From: Gammaproteobacteria bacterium
Lineage (GTDB): Bacteria > Pseudomonadota > Gammaproteobacteria > JBCCGL01
DNA: 64,000 nucleotides
Assembly (NCBI GenBank): GCA_965277715.1
Contig: OZ255836.1
Span: 2,048,001-2,112,000, forward strand
Direction of reading: 5' to 3'
Shown piece by piece: positions 20,970 through 30,987 of the stretch (positions are counted from its first letter, which is position 1; every line of letters starts with the position of its first letter). Under the pieces are notes generated by a model. That model saw nothing but the letters and a program-made list of their open reading frames with translations, made no database searches and was not told the DNA's origin. Position numbers and translations under genes: made by a program.

Positions 20970-20998
20970 ATCCTGGTGGCACCATTACCCACCAGGAT
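20970..20998 (+). other. Intergenic stem-loop between hpf and ptsN
   Basis: ATCCTGGTGG...CCACCAGGAT 10-bp inverted repeat; no clear U-tract. Confidence 0.4.
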
Positions 20999-21048
20999 AG
21001 CGTTTACCCTCTAACAATGATCAACATCGTTATTCAAACACCCCTCTT

Positions 21049-21510
21049 ATGATTGACATCGCCTCACTGCTCCACCCCGGTAGAATCCTCTGTCAACACA
21101 CTGGCAGCAGCAAGAAAAAGATACTGGAAACCGTGAGTGGGCTGTTGGGAAAATGCCTGCCAGACGATATAGGGCAAACCCTGTTCGAGGCGCTGCTAAA
21201 GCGTGAGCGACTGGGGAGCACAGGTCTGGGGATGGGCATTGCCCTGCCACACGGTAGAATTGCAACACTGCAAAGCCCACTCGCCGCAGTCGTCACGCTA
21301 CGATCCGGTGTCGACTTCGATGCGCTTGATGGCGCACCGGTGAATATCGTCTTCGCGCTGGCAATGCCGGAAAACTGTGATAATCAACACCTAAAGATCC
21401 TCGCTGGCCTGGCCGAGATGTTCAGCGATCCGGTTTTGTGCGAAACGCTGCGCAGTGCCGGATCGGCAACAGACATCTATCAGCGGCTAAGCCACTGGCA
21501 AACAGGCTGA
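21049..21510 (+). CDS. ptsN: PTS EIIA (Ntr/fructose-type)
   Basis: RERLGSTGLGMGIALPHGR, HLKILA. Confidence 0.9.
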   Translation: MIDIASLLHPGRILCQHTGSSKKKILETVSGLLGKCLPDDIGQTLFEALLKRERLGSTGLGMGIALPHGRIATLQSPLAAVVTLRSGVDFDALDGAPVNIVFALAMPENCDNQHLKILAGLAEMFSDPVLCETLRSAGSATDIYQRLSHWQTG

Positions 21511-21542
21511 GCCTTAATGCACCACACCACTAAGCCAAGCCA

Positions 21543-22484
21543 TTGAGCACTTCACTCACCGTCGAATCGCTGTTTAATGCACAAACCAGTGCTTTAAACT
21601 TAGCGTGGGTTGCTGGAAAAATCGCCGCCAACCGGGAAATCGGTCGCAATCAGATCCGTGGCAAACGCCCATCATTGATTGGTTACCTGAACCTAATTCG
21701 CCCCAATCGCATCCAGATTGTCGGCATCCCGGAATTCCACTACCTGCAAGCGCACGGCCTGCATGTCGATGCAGGCGAGGTGTGTCAACTGTTCCAAAAC
21801 GACAGCAATATCATTATATTCAGCGACGCTCAGGACATCCCCGAGAACTACTATCGCCTGGCTGACCAGCACCAGGTGGCCCTGATGCACACCCCGCTGC
21901 CAGGGCATGAACTCATCAGCTCACTACAGCACTTTATCGCCCAGAGCCTCGCCGAGCGCATGACCCTGCACGGCGTATTTATGGATGTGCTCGGCATCGG
22001 TGTATTAATCACAGGTGACAGCAGTGTGGGCAAGAGCGAGCTGGCCCTGGAGCTGGTTACACGCGGCCACAGCCTGGTTGCCGACGATGCGCCCGAGTTC
22101 ACCCGCATTGCGCACCATACACTGGAGGGTAGCTGTCCACCGATACTGCGCGACCTTCTCGAAGTACGTGGCCTGGGAATCCTCAACATTCACAAAATGT
22201 ACGGTGATTCGAGTACACGCTATCGAAAGATCATCAAATTAATCGTCCATCTCCACCCTATCAACAGTCAAAAAATGCCCGCCTATGACCGGCTCTCAGG
22301 CGCACAGGGCATCACCACCATACTCGATGTACCGATTACCCGTATTACCATTCCGGTAGCCCCTGGTCGCAACCTGGCGGTATTGGTCGAGGCCGGTGTG
22401 CGCAATTATCTACTGCGCAAGGACGGTTACAATGCCGGTGAGCACCTTATCGACCGGCAGGCAAAAGCCCTGCGTGCGCCATGA
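21543..22484 (+). CDS. hprK: HPr kinase/phosphorylase
   Basis: LHGVFM, GDSSVGKSELALEL, LVADD, LEVRGLGI, PVAPGRNLA. Confidence 0.95.
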   Translation: MSTSLTVESLFNAQTSALNLAWVAGKIAANREIGRNQIRGKRPSLIGYLNLIRPNRIQIVGIPEFHYLQAHGLHVDAGEVCQLFQNDSNIIIFSDAQDIPENYYRLADQHQVALMHTPLPGHELISSLQHFIAQSLAERMTLHGVFMDVLGIGVLITGDSSVGKSELALELVTRGHSLVADDAPEFTRIAHHTLEGSCPPILRDLLEVRGLGILNIHKMYGDSSTRYRKIIKLIVHLHPINSQKMPAYDRLSGAQGITTILDVPITRITIPVAPGRNLAVLVEAGVRNYLLRKDGYNAGEHLIDRQAKALRAP

Positions 22485-23338
22485 AACTCACCATCGTTAG
22501 CGGTCTGTCCGGCTCCGGCAAAAGTGTCGCCCTGCACACACTGGAAGATGAGGGGTATTATTGCATTGATAACCTGCCCGCCAGCCTATTGCCCGATCTA
22601 ATGGGCCAATTGCACAACGCGCAGCTAACACTTTACGAACACATCGCGGTGGGGCTTGACGCACGTAGCGAATCCCGCGATTTACAGGTATTTCCCAGGG
22701 TATTACAGCAACTGCGGGATGCCGGCATAACAGTGGAGATTCTGTTTTTACAAACACACACAGAGACACTGATTCGTCGCTTTAGCGAGACCCGCCGCAA
22801 ACACCCCCTATCCAGTCATCAACAACCGTTGGTTGCCGCTATAGAAATGGAAAAACACCTGCTGGCTGAACTAATCGACCAGGCTGATATGATTATTGAT
22901 ACGACCCGGCTCAACCTGCACCAGTTGCGCCAGCAAATCGCCCGCGTCGTTGTCGGGCAGCGCAATAACAGCATGTCATTGTTGTTTCAGTCGTTCGGTT
23001 TTAAATACGGGCTGCCGGGTGATAGTGACTTTGTTTTCGATGCCCGCTGTTTACCCAATCCACACTGGGACCTGACCCTACGGGCAAAAACCGGGCGCGA
23101 CAAAGCCGTTATCGATTTCCTGCAACAGCACGAAACCGTTGAACAGATGTTCAATTCGGTGCACGGTTTTCTCAATACCTGGATACCTACTTTCAACGCA
23201 GAGAATAGGGCTTATTTGACGGTCTCGATCGGTTGTACCGGTGGCCAACACCGATCTGTGTACATGGTCGAGCGTTTGTATCACACATTTTCCGTACAGG
23301 CAGACAATGTTTTACTGCGCCACCGCGAGCTCGGTTAA
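22481..23338 (+). CDS. rapZ: RNase adapter RapZ
   Basis: SGLSGSGKS, RRFSETRRKHP, SFGFKYG, FDARCLPNP, IGCTGGQHRSV. Confidence 0.96.
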   Translation: MKLTIVSGLSGSGKSVALHTLEDEGYYCIDNLPASLLPDLMGQLHNAQLTLYEHIAVGLDARSESRDLQVFPRVLQQLRDAGITVEILFLQTHTETLIRRFSETRRKHPLSSHQQPLVAAIEMEKHLLAELIDQADMIIDTTRLNLHQLRQQIARVVVGQRNNSMSLLFQSFGFKYGLPGDSDFVFDARCLPNPHWDLTLRAKTGRDKAVIDFLQQHETVEQMFNSVHGFLNTWIPTFNAENRAYLTVSIGCTGGQHRSVYMVERLYHTFSVQADNVLLRHRELG

Positions 23339-23361
23339 CACCTTAGAGCAATAGACATACC

Positions 23362-23631
23362 ATGAAATCGAGCGAAATAGAGATCATCAACAAACTCGGC
23401 CTGCACGCACGCGCAGCCGCCAAGCTGGTCAAACTATGCGCTGAATTCAGTAGCGAAATACACATTGGCACGCCCGGTAAAATGGTCAATGGCAAAAGCA
23501 TTATGGGGATAATGATGTTGGCAGCGGCAAAAGGCACAACGCTGACTGTCAGCGCCCAGGGTAACGATGAAGACATGGCCCACGATGCCTTGTGCAAGCT
23601 GATTGAAGCGCGTTTTGGTGAAGATGAATAA
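23362..23631 (+). CDS. ptsH: HPr/NPr phosphocarrier
   Basis: NKLGLHARAA (His15), KSIMG (Ser46). Confidence 0.9.
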   Translation: MKSSEIEIINKLGLHARAAAKLVKLCAEFSSEIHIGTPGKMVNGKSIMGIMMLAAAKGTTLTVSAQGNDEDMAHDALCKLIEARFGEDE

Positions 23632-23697
23632 CAACCCTCACTCAATTTATTACGGCGGGCCTGTTACGGCACAGGCGATACCCCTGGTGCAACCATC

Positions 23698-25452
23698 GTG
23701 AGCCTACTGTTTAATGGCCTCGGTGTTTCCCGTGGCATCGCGATTGGCCGGGTACACCACCTGCAGCGCGATGAAATCGAAATCGATGAAATACACCTGG
23801 CATCGCAAAATATCCCCGCTGAAATTGCCCGCTTCAAACGGGCCGTCGACACGGCTAAACAACAACTGCACGACATTTGTAACAACATCCCGCTCACGCT
23901 GAATGTAGAGATCAGCGCCTTTATCGAAACCCACCTGTTGATGCTCGACGACGACATGCTCGCCGAGGGCACGACACATATTATTCAGGATAGGCAATGC
24001 AACGCCGAGTGGGCACTCAAACTACAAATGGAAACCATCGGGCAGGTTTTTGATGCCATGGAAGACGACTATCTGGCCACACGCAAAGACGATATCAGCC
24101 ACGTTATTCAACGCATATTGCGCGCCCTGCACAATACTGAAACACCGTGCCATGAGAACAACCCGCAAACCTGGCAGGGGCAAATCGTCCTCGCCGATGA
24201 CCTGACACCAGCGGACACTATTCTTATGCAACATCACGGTGTCGCCGGGTTTGTCACCGAATCGGGTGGCCCCTTGTCACACACGGCGATACTCGCACGC
24301 AGCCTGAATATCCCCGCGATTGTCGGCCTGCACAGCGCACAGCGTTACATTCGCGACGGGGAGACCGTCATTGTCGATGGCACACTCGGCCTGTTACTGG
24401 CGGAGCCCAGTGAAACCGCCATCACCCACTTCACCGATAAAAAGAACCGTTACCTGCGCCAGCGACGGGCGCTCAACCACCTCAAGAGCGCACCGGCCAT
24501 CACCCTCTGTGGTGTCGATATTACCCTGCAAACAAATATCGAAACAGAGGAGGACGTACGCGCACTCAAACGCGTTAATGCGAGCGGTGTCGGCCTGTAC
24601 CGTACCGAATTTTTATACATGAACCGCCAGCACCTGCCCAGTGAGGAGGAACACTACAAAAATTACCTGAAAATTGTGCGCGCCCTCAAAGGCGCGCCAT
24701 TGACCATACGCACTGTTGACATTGGTGCCGACAAAGAAATTCAAACAGAAAAAACCGGGGTACTCACACACAACCCCGCACTCGGGCTGCGGGGTGTGCG
24801 CCGCTGCCTGAATGAACCTGACATTTTTATACCGCAGCTACGGGCTATTTTGCGCGCTTCAGCCAAGGGACCAATCAATATATTATTTCCCATGCTGACC
24901 AACATCGATGAAGTTGTGCAGTTGCGTCGCTTAATCGACACGACCAGGCAGGCACTGCACGAAGAGGGATACAAGTACGATAAAAATATTCCACTGGGTG
25001 GTATGATCGAAGTGCCCGCTGCCGCAATAGTGGTTTCACAGTTTGCGCAGCACCTCGATTTTATTTCAATTGGCACCAACGACCTGATTCAATACACACT
25101 GGCCATCGACCGGACTGATGATCAGGTTAATTACCTCTACGACCCCTTGCACCCCGCCGTCCTCGGTTTGATCGCCTCAATCATTAAAGCGGGAAACAGC
25201 GCTAACATCCCGGTTTCAATGTGTGGGGAAATGGCCGGTGACACACGTTATACACGGTTACTGCTGGCATTGGGGCTGCGTAACTTTAGTATGCCTGCAA
25301 ACTCTGTACTGGAAGTAAAAAGTGTCATCAACGGTAGTAATATTGCACACCTTGGTCGAAAGGCACGCAAAATTGCCAACTGTGCCAATCCGCTGGAACA
25401 AAGCCAGTTACTGGACAAACTCAATAGCGGCTGTGATGTGCTGGCGATCTGA
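23698..25452 (+). CDS. ptsI: PEP-protein phosphotransferase (Enzyme I, no GAF domain)
   Basis: SHTAILARS, GLYRTEFL, NPALGLRG, SIGTNDLIQY, MCGEMAGD. Confidence 0.94.
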   Translation: MSLLFNGLGVSRGIAIGRVHHLQRDEIEIDEIHLASQNIPAEIARFKRAVDTAKQQLHDICNNIPLTLNVEISAFIETHLLMLDDDMLAEGTTHIIQDRQCNAEWALKLQMETIGQVFDAMEDDYLATRKDDISHVIQRILRALHNTETPCHENNPQTWQGQIVLADDLTPADTILMQHHGVAGFVTESGGPLSHTAILARSLNIPAIVGLHSAQRYIRDGETVIVDGTLGLLLAEPSETAITHFTDKKNRYLRQRRALNHLKSAPAITLCGVDITLQTNIETEEDVRALKRVNASGVGLYRTEFLYMNRQHLPSEEEHYKNYLKIVRALKGAPLTIRTVDIGADKEIQTEKTGVLTHNPALGLRGVRRCLNEPDIFIPQLRAILRASAKGPINILFPMLTNIDEVVQLRRLIDTTRQALHEEGYKYDKNIPLGGMIEVPAAAIVVSQFAQHLDFISIGTNDLIQYTLAIDRTDDQVNYLYDPLHPAVLGLIASIIKAGNSANIPVSMCGEMAGDTRYTRLLLALGLRNFSMPANSVLEVKSVINGSNIAHLGRKARKIANCANPLEQSQLLDKLNSGCDVLAI

Positions 25453-25457
25453 AGCCA

Positions 25458-26819
25458 ATGTCTGAACCAACCAGAATCATCCAAACAGACGAGCACCTGA
25501 CCGAGCTGTCAAGAATTCTCGAAAGCGGTACGATTTCCGCCGCCAAGCGTTTGATGAACGCATTACACCCCGCTGAAATTGCCGACCTTTTAGAATCACT
25601 GCCGCAATCACAGCGCATGCTGTTGTGGGAGATTGTCGATGACCAGATAGAGGGTGACATCCTGCTGGAAGTTGGCGATGAAGTGCGTGGCACGCTACTG
25701 CGCACCCTGGAGGTCGGTGAAATCCGCGCTATTACAGAAAGCCTTGACCTCGATGATCTCGCTGATTTTGTCCAATCATTACCCGACAAACTCATCGATG
25801 AAACCCTGCAGGGCATGGACAAACAAAACCGGCAACGCTTAGACACTGTACTCTCCTACCCTGAAGACAGTGCCGGTGGTTTAATGAACCTCGATACTGT
25901 CACAGTACGCGCCGATGTGACCCTCGATGTCGTGCTGCGCTATCTGCGCCTCAAAGGCGAGCTGCCTCAACACACCGACCGTTTGATTGTCGTAGACCGT
26001 TACGACCATTACCAGGGCGTACTCGGTCTACGCCACCTGCTAACCTGCGACCCGGATACAACCGTCGCTCAGTTGATGCGGAGCAATGTGCCCCCTATTC
26101 TGGCTGATGTGCCCGCCACACAGGTTGCACGCCTGTTTGAAGATCACGACCTGATATCGGCCGCTGTTGTCGATAACACCGGCAAGTTACTCGGGCGCAT
26201 CACCGTCGACGATGTGCTCGATGTCATCCGCGACGAGGCAGAACAATCCCTGCTCAGCATGGCGGGGCTAAACCAGGAGGATGACACCTTTTCCCCCGCG
26301 ATGCGCAGCGCACGCCGCCGGGCAATATGGCTCGGTGTCAACCTGGCCACCGCCCTACTCGCCGCCTGGGTGATTGGACAATTCCAGGCAACCCTCGAAG
26401 AAATTGTCGCGCTGGCCATCTTAATGCCCATCGTCGCCAGCATGGGCGGGATTGCAGGCAGTCAAACGCTGACGCTGGTTATCCGTGGACAGGCGCTGGG
26501 GCAAATAAGCCGTGCCAACACCCGCTGGTTACTCAACAAAGAACTACTGGTCTCATTAATTAACGGTGCCATCTGGGCAACCGTTGTCGCTGTGGTTGCC
26601 TTCTGTTGGTTTGGCGACTACCGAATCGGCCTGATTATTGGCATAGCCCTGGTAATCAACCTATTGTTTGCCACACTCTCCGGTGTATTTATTCCTCTGC
26701 TATTACGCGGCCTGCACATCGACCCGGCACTGGCAGGCGGCGTGATACTCACAACCATTACAGACGTGGTTGGTTTCGTGGCTTTTCTGGGGCTGGCGAG
26801 CTTATTCTTACTCGGCTAA
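25458..26819 (+). CDS. mgtE: Magnesium transporter MgtE
   Basis: LHPAEIADLLE, CBS pair, ASMGGIAGSQT, DPALAGGVILTTITD. Confidence 0.95.
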   Translation: MSEPTRIIQTDEHLTELSRILESGTISAAKRLMNALHPAEIADLLESLPQSQRMLLWEIVDDQIEGDILLEVGDEVRGTLLRTLEVGEIRAITESLDLDDLADFVQSLPDKLIDETLQGMDKQNRQRLDTVLSYPEDSAGGLMNLDTVTVRADVTLDVVLRYLRLKGELPQHTDRLIVVDRYDHYQGVLGLRHLLTCDPDTTVAQLMRSNVPPILADVPATQVARLFEDHDLISAAVVDNTGKLLGRITVDDVLDVIRDEAEQSLLSMAGLNQEDDTFSPAMRSARRRAIWLGVNLATALLAAWVIGQFQATLEEIVALAILMPIVASMGGIAGSQTLTLVIRGQALGQISRANTRWLLNKELLVSLINGAIWATVVAVVAFCWFGDYRIGLIIGIALVINLLFATLSGVFIPLLLRGLHIDPALAGGVILTTITDVVGFVAFLGLASLFLLG

Positions 26820-26847
26820 GGACCAAGAGGCAATAATCGACAGAGAG

Positions 26848-27000
26848 TTATCCACAGACTGGAAAATATTTTCCCAAACAGCGTATATTTCACTAATAGT
26901 CAAATATCTCATAGGCTTATAACTAAAGAAAATAAATTATCTATAGCTTATAAAAATGTTGTCATAGTGTTTTACACACAAACACAGGTAGTTACCCACA
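26848..27000 (+). promoter_or_regulatory. DnaA-box cluster upstream of nrdJ
   Basis: Perfect TTATCCACA at 26848-26856; near matches TTACACACA (26972-26980) and TTACCCACA (26992-27000); candidate TTGACG-N16-GATAAT promoter follows at 27030-27057. Confidence 0.5.
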
Positions 27001-27105
27001 GCACACAGTGGTTGCTTACCAAGCAGCGCTTGACGGTCAGTTCTGAGTACCGATAATTAAGAAAAATTGCCGATGGGTGGGTCAAGATAAGATTCACATT
27101 ATCAA

Positions 27106-27153
27106 ACACATTATGTTGTGTTTCATCGCCTTTTAGACTACCTTATGTGGTGT
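27106..27153 (+). promoter_or_regulatory. Tandem NrdR boxes
   Basis: ACACATTATGTTGTGT (27106-27121) and CTACCTTATGTGGTGT (27138-27153) resemble acaCwAtATaTwGtgt; starts are 32 bp apart; upstream of RNR genes. Confidence 0.75.
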
Positions 27154-27340
27154 TTGGTGCAGCCGCACTCTAACGCACTCAAAAGATAGAAGAGACACGA
27201 AAAACCCCCTACGGGGCAGCCCAAAGAAACACTCTCATGCCTTGTTACTCACTTCTATTGTCGAAATACACTGTGGCAAACAGCCGCATATAAACAATCG
27301 CCGTGAGTTGTATAAAACACAGCCGGTGTGGAATTAATGT

Positions 27341-29506
27341 ATGAAAAATGGCAATTTAATTGCAATCAGCTCCAATAAAACAGCTTCACAGTTTGAACAC
27401 GTCCCTCTACAGGCGGCATCGCTGGATATATGGGACAAGAAATACCGACTAAAATCACGCGACGGTGAGGTTATTGACGTTGACATCGACGGTTCTTATC
27501 AGCGCATTGCACGCGCCCTATCCGATGTGGAGGCACGCCCGGAATTACAGGCTGAATGGTATGAAAAGTTTCTGTGGGCATTGCGCCATGGTGTTATTCC
27601 GGCAGGCCGCATCGTATCCAATGCGGGTGCAATGGCACATAAACCGGCAACATCGACCATCAACTGTACAGTATCCGGTACGATTGAAGACTCTATGGAC
27701 GATATTCTTAACAAAGTCCACGAAGCCGGACTAACCCTCAAGGCAGGCTGTGGTATCGGCTATGATTTTTCTACCCTGCGCCCTAAAGGGGCCTATGTTT
27801 CAGGTGCTGGCGCGCACACATCGGGACCGCTGTCCTTTATGGATATCTACGACCGTATGTGTTTCACCGTATCCAGCGCGGGGGGGCGCCGTGGTGCACA
27901 AATGGGCACGTTTGATGTACGCCACCCGGACGTACTCGATTTTATCCGCGCCAAACGTGAAGATGGTCGCCTCAGGCAATTCAACCTGTCACTACTGATT
28001 ACCGAAGATTTCATTCAAGCGGTTAAACAGGATGCCGATTGGCAACTCGCCTTCCCAATACAATCCAGTGAAGCCGATGAAGACGACAGCCTGTTGAAAA
28101 GTGACCGCATCATCTGGCGTGAATGGCCAACGCACAAAGGCCTGGTACTCAACGAGACCGGGCTGGTCGCGTGTAAAGTATTCACCCGTATTCGTGCGCA
28201 ACGGTTGTGGGATGTCATCATGTCATCCACCTACGACTATGCCGAGCCGGGTTTTATCCTGATTGATAAAGTCAACGAAATGAACAACAACTGGTTTTGT
28301 GAAGACATTCGCGCAACCAATCCCTGTGGAGAACAGCCTCTACCACCTTACGGTTCATGCCTGCTCGGTTCGATCAACCTCACCCGCTTTGTACAACACC
28401 CATTTACCGAGCACGCCCGCTTCGATTGGGATAACTACCGCAAAGTCGTCGCAATCTTCACCCGCATGCTGGACAATGTTGTCGAAATTAATGGCTTGCC
28501 ACTGGCAGGGCAAAGCGATGAAATTCTGCGCAAGCGTCGCCACGGCATGGGCTACCTTGGTCTGGGTTCGACGATCACCATGCTGTGCATGGCGTATGGT
28601 TCACAGGAATCACTCGAATTTACCGAACAAATCACCCGCGAGCTTGCGATTACCGGCTGGCAAACATCCCTCGACCTCGCCACTGAAAAAGGCCCAGCGC
28701 CTATTATGCTGGAAACGTTTACCGTCGATGCAGAGATGTTGCGTAAGCGCCCGGAAATGAAACGCGACGGCTACAAACTGGGGGACAAAGTGAGCGGGCG
28801 GGTATTACACGCCAAATACAGTCGCTACATGCAGCGTATCGCCGAGCAAGAACCTGAACTGGTCGAAGCCTTGGCGGAAACCGGCGCACGCTTCACGCAC
28901 CATAGCTCAATTGCTCCCACAGGCACTATTTCCCTGTCACTGGCCAATAATGCCAGCAATGGCATCGAGCCAAGCTTTGCTCATCACTATGCACGCAACG
29001 TTATTCGCGAAGGTAAAAAGAGCAAAGAAAAAGTCGATGTCTACTCGTTTGAATTACTCGCCTATCGACAATTGATCAATGCCGATGCTGCACCCAGTAG
29101 CGATGAACCAGACAATATGTTACCTCATTACTTCATCACCTCAGACGACATTAAACCCAGGCAACACGTCGACATTCAAGCGGCGGCGCAAAAATGGATC
29201 GACTCATCAATTTCAAAAACAGCCAATATCCCAACCGATTTTGCCTACGAGGATTTTAAAGAAATTTATATGTACGCCTATGAAAAAGGCCTAAAAGGGT
29301 GCACCACCTTTCGCTTCAACCCAGAGGCTTTTCAGGGCGTGCTAGTAAAGGAGGAAGACCTCAAAAACACACTGTATGAATTTCAGCTCGAAGACGGTAC
29401 AACACTCAAAGTAAAAGGCAACGAAGAGATCGAATACGATGGTGAAATTCACTCTGCCGCCAACCTCTATGATGCATTAAAAGAAGGCTATTACGGAAAA
29501 CTGTAA
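27341..29506 (+). CDS. nrdJa: Adenosylcobalamin-dependent (class II) ribonucleotide reductase, large subunit
   Basis: PAGRI.SNAG, STINCTVS, GGRRGAQM, ATNPCGEQPL, SIAPTGTIS, GLKGCTTFR. Confidence 0.95.
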   Translation: MKNGNLIAISSNKTASQFEHVPLQAASLDIWDKKYRLKSRDGEVIDVDIDGSYQRIARALSDVEARPELQAEWYEKFLWALRHGVIPAGRIVSNAGAMAHKPATSTINCTVSGTIEDSMDDILNKVHEAGLTLKAGCGIGYDFSTLRPKGAYVSGAGAHTSGPLSFMDIYDRMCFTVSSAGGRRGAQMGTFDVRHPDVLDFIRAKREDGRLRQFNLSLLITEDFIQAVKQDADWQLAFPIQSSEADEDDSLLKSDRIIWREWPTHKGLVLNETGLVACKVFTRIRAQRLWDVIMSSTYDYAEPGFILIDKVNEMNNNWFCEDIRATNPCGEQPLPPYGSCLLGSINLTRFVQHPFTEHARFDWDNYRKVVAIFTRMLDNVVEINGLPLAGQSDEILRKRRHGMGYLGLGSTITMLCMAYGSQESLEFTEQITRELAITGWQTSLDLATEKGPAPIMLETFTVDAEMLRKRPEMKRDGYKLGDKVSGRVLHAKYSRYMQRIAEQEPELVEALAETGARFTHHSSIAPTGTISLSLANNASNGIEPSFAHHYARNVIREGKKSKEKVDVYSFELLAYRQLINADAAPSSDEPDNMLPHYFITSDDIKPRQHVDIQAAAQKWIDSSISKTANIPTDFAYEDFKEIYMYAYEKGLKGCTTFRFNPEAFQGVLVKEEDLKNTLYEFQLEDGTTLKVKGNEEIEYDGEIHSAANLYDALKEGYYGKL

Positions 29507-29571
29507 CCTCGATATCACGATAAAATGACCCTTACAATTTCAGTTCCAGGCATAACCACAGGCACAACACC

Positions 29572-30291
29572 ATGACCACCAAGATTGGTAAAAAAATTGT
29601 CGGCTACCGGGTTGCTCCCCAAGATGAAAAAGCTGCAGCAACCGCTTCAAATACGCAAACATCGCCCATCAAAACGGCCGATGTTATCCATATGCATGAA
29701 AGCGTGGTACGACCGGAGATGCTTATCGGCTCCACCTATAAGGTCAAAACACCGGAAAATGTATCGCAACATGCGCTCTACATTACCATTAACGACATTG
29801 TGCTCAATCAAGGCACCGAACACGAATTGCGCCGTCCGTTTGAAGTGTTCATCAACTCCAAGAGTATGGATCATTTTCAGTGGATTGTAGCGCTGACACG
29901 CATTATTTCTGCGGTATTTCGCAAAGGCGGAGATGTTACATTCCTGGTTGAAGAGCTACGTTCAGTATTTGATCCCAGCGGGGGTTATTGGAAAAAGGGA
30001 GGCAAATTTATGCCTTCATTGGTCGCTGAAATTGGCGATGTAATCGAACAGCATATGATTCAAATTGGCCTGATTAAATCACCTCACCTGGACCAACACC
30101 AAAAAAAACTTATCGACGATAAACGTGCCGAATTTGAACTGACAGCCTCGCCCGGTAACGACGATACACCTGACCAGGAAGCGCTGTTTCCCGCCAGCGC
30201 GTCTCTGTGTCGACAATGCAGTACCAAAGCCGTGGTACTAATGGACGGTTGCATGACCTGCCTGAACTGCGGTGACTCCAAATGCGGATAG
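29572..30291 (+). CDS. nrdJb: Class II RNR second subunit (TSCPD domain, C-terminal Cys cluster)
   Basis: ALYITINDI, RRPFEVFINSK, VFRKGGD, C-terminal CRQC...GCMTCLNCGDSKCG. Confidence 0.93.
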   Translation: MTTKIGKKIVGYRVAPQDEKAAATASNTQTSPIKTADVIHMHESVVRPEMLIGSTYKVKTPENVSQHALYITINDIVLNQGTEHELRRPFEVFINSKSMDHFQWIVALTRIISAVFRKGGDVTFLVEELRSVFDPSGGYWKKGGKFMPSLVAEIGDVIEQHMIQIGLIKSPHLDQHQKKLIDDKRAEFELTASPGNDDTPDQEALFPASASLCRQCSTKAVVLMDGCMTCLNCGDSKCG

Positions 30292-30338
30292 ATGCATACA
30301 CCTCCTACTCCTCAATCCTATAGCTGTGGAGATTTGAA

Positions 30339-30584
30339 ATGAAATGCCATAACTGCACTACCACTATGGATCTCACCCGCTCAGCTTCCAGTGAACGCAG
30401 TAAAACGCAGTGGTATCGATGCCCAGTATGCCACTCCGAGCACATGAGCACCCGCCTGTCGATTGATGAAGATCAGCGGTACATGGACTTAGACCCATAC
30501 AGCAACTTCATAACCGCCAATAACCAGCACATCAACGCAAACGATGAGAGTAACTTTAAACTCAGACAGCTAGACTATCATTAA
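30339..30584 (+). CDS. Small zinc-ribbon-like hypothetical protein
   Basis: CHNC...CPVC pairs; GGAG RBS before the ATG. Confidence 0.6.
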   Translation: MKCHNCTTTMDLTRSASSERSKTQWYRCPVCHSEHMSTRLSIDEDQRYMDLDPYSNFITANNQHINANDESNFKLRQLDYH

Positions 30585-30591
30585 CCCTCAA

Positions 30592-30909
30592 AAGAAAGCT
30601 ATGCACTTAAACCCATTTTACCCAGATGAATACTTGTGGAACTTAGGAGGTGTTTACTAAAGCCTGAAACAATACCAAGATGCCATCAATACTATTGATC
30701 AAATGAATAACCCCATCACAGGAAACCGTATTCTTACAGCCAGCTATACCCAATTTGGTGAAATAGAAAAGGCCCGGCAAAGTGCACAAAAAATACTCTC
30801 AGCACATCCAGATTTTTCACTGGATGAATGGACCAAAATGATGCCAGATAAACATATGGAAGACACTATGCATTTTATCGAGGGACTCAGTAAAACTGGA
30901 TTACACTAA
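30592..30909 (+). pseudogene. C-terminal remnant of a cyclase-TolB-TPR paralog
   Basis: KKAMHLNPFYPDEYLWNLGGVY*SLKQY...HPDFSL...PDK...IEGL aligns with the C-terminus of 33235..35001; in-frame TAA at 30658-30660; 5' part missing. Confidence 0.88.
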
Positions 30910-30987
30910 TCACAAGTAGCATTATGAGCAATATGTACTAATATTTATTTTTAACATACGCCTAAATATCGCGGTCAGGATTTCCCG

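Noticed and set aside
26820-27340. oriC or cobalamin riboswitch upstream of nrdJ
   Set aside because: Only one perfect DnaA box and no dnaA/gidA context; no B12-box consensus seen.
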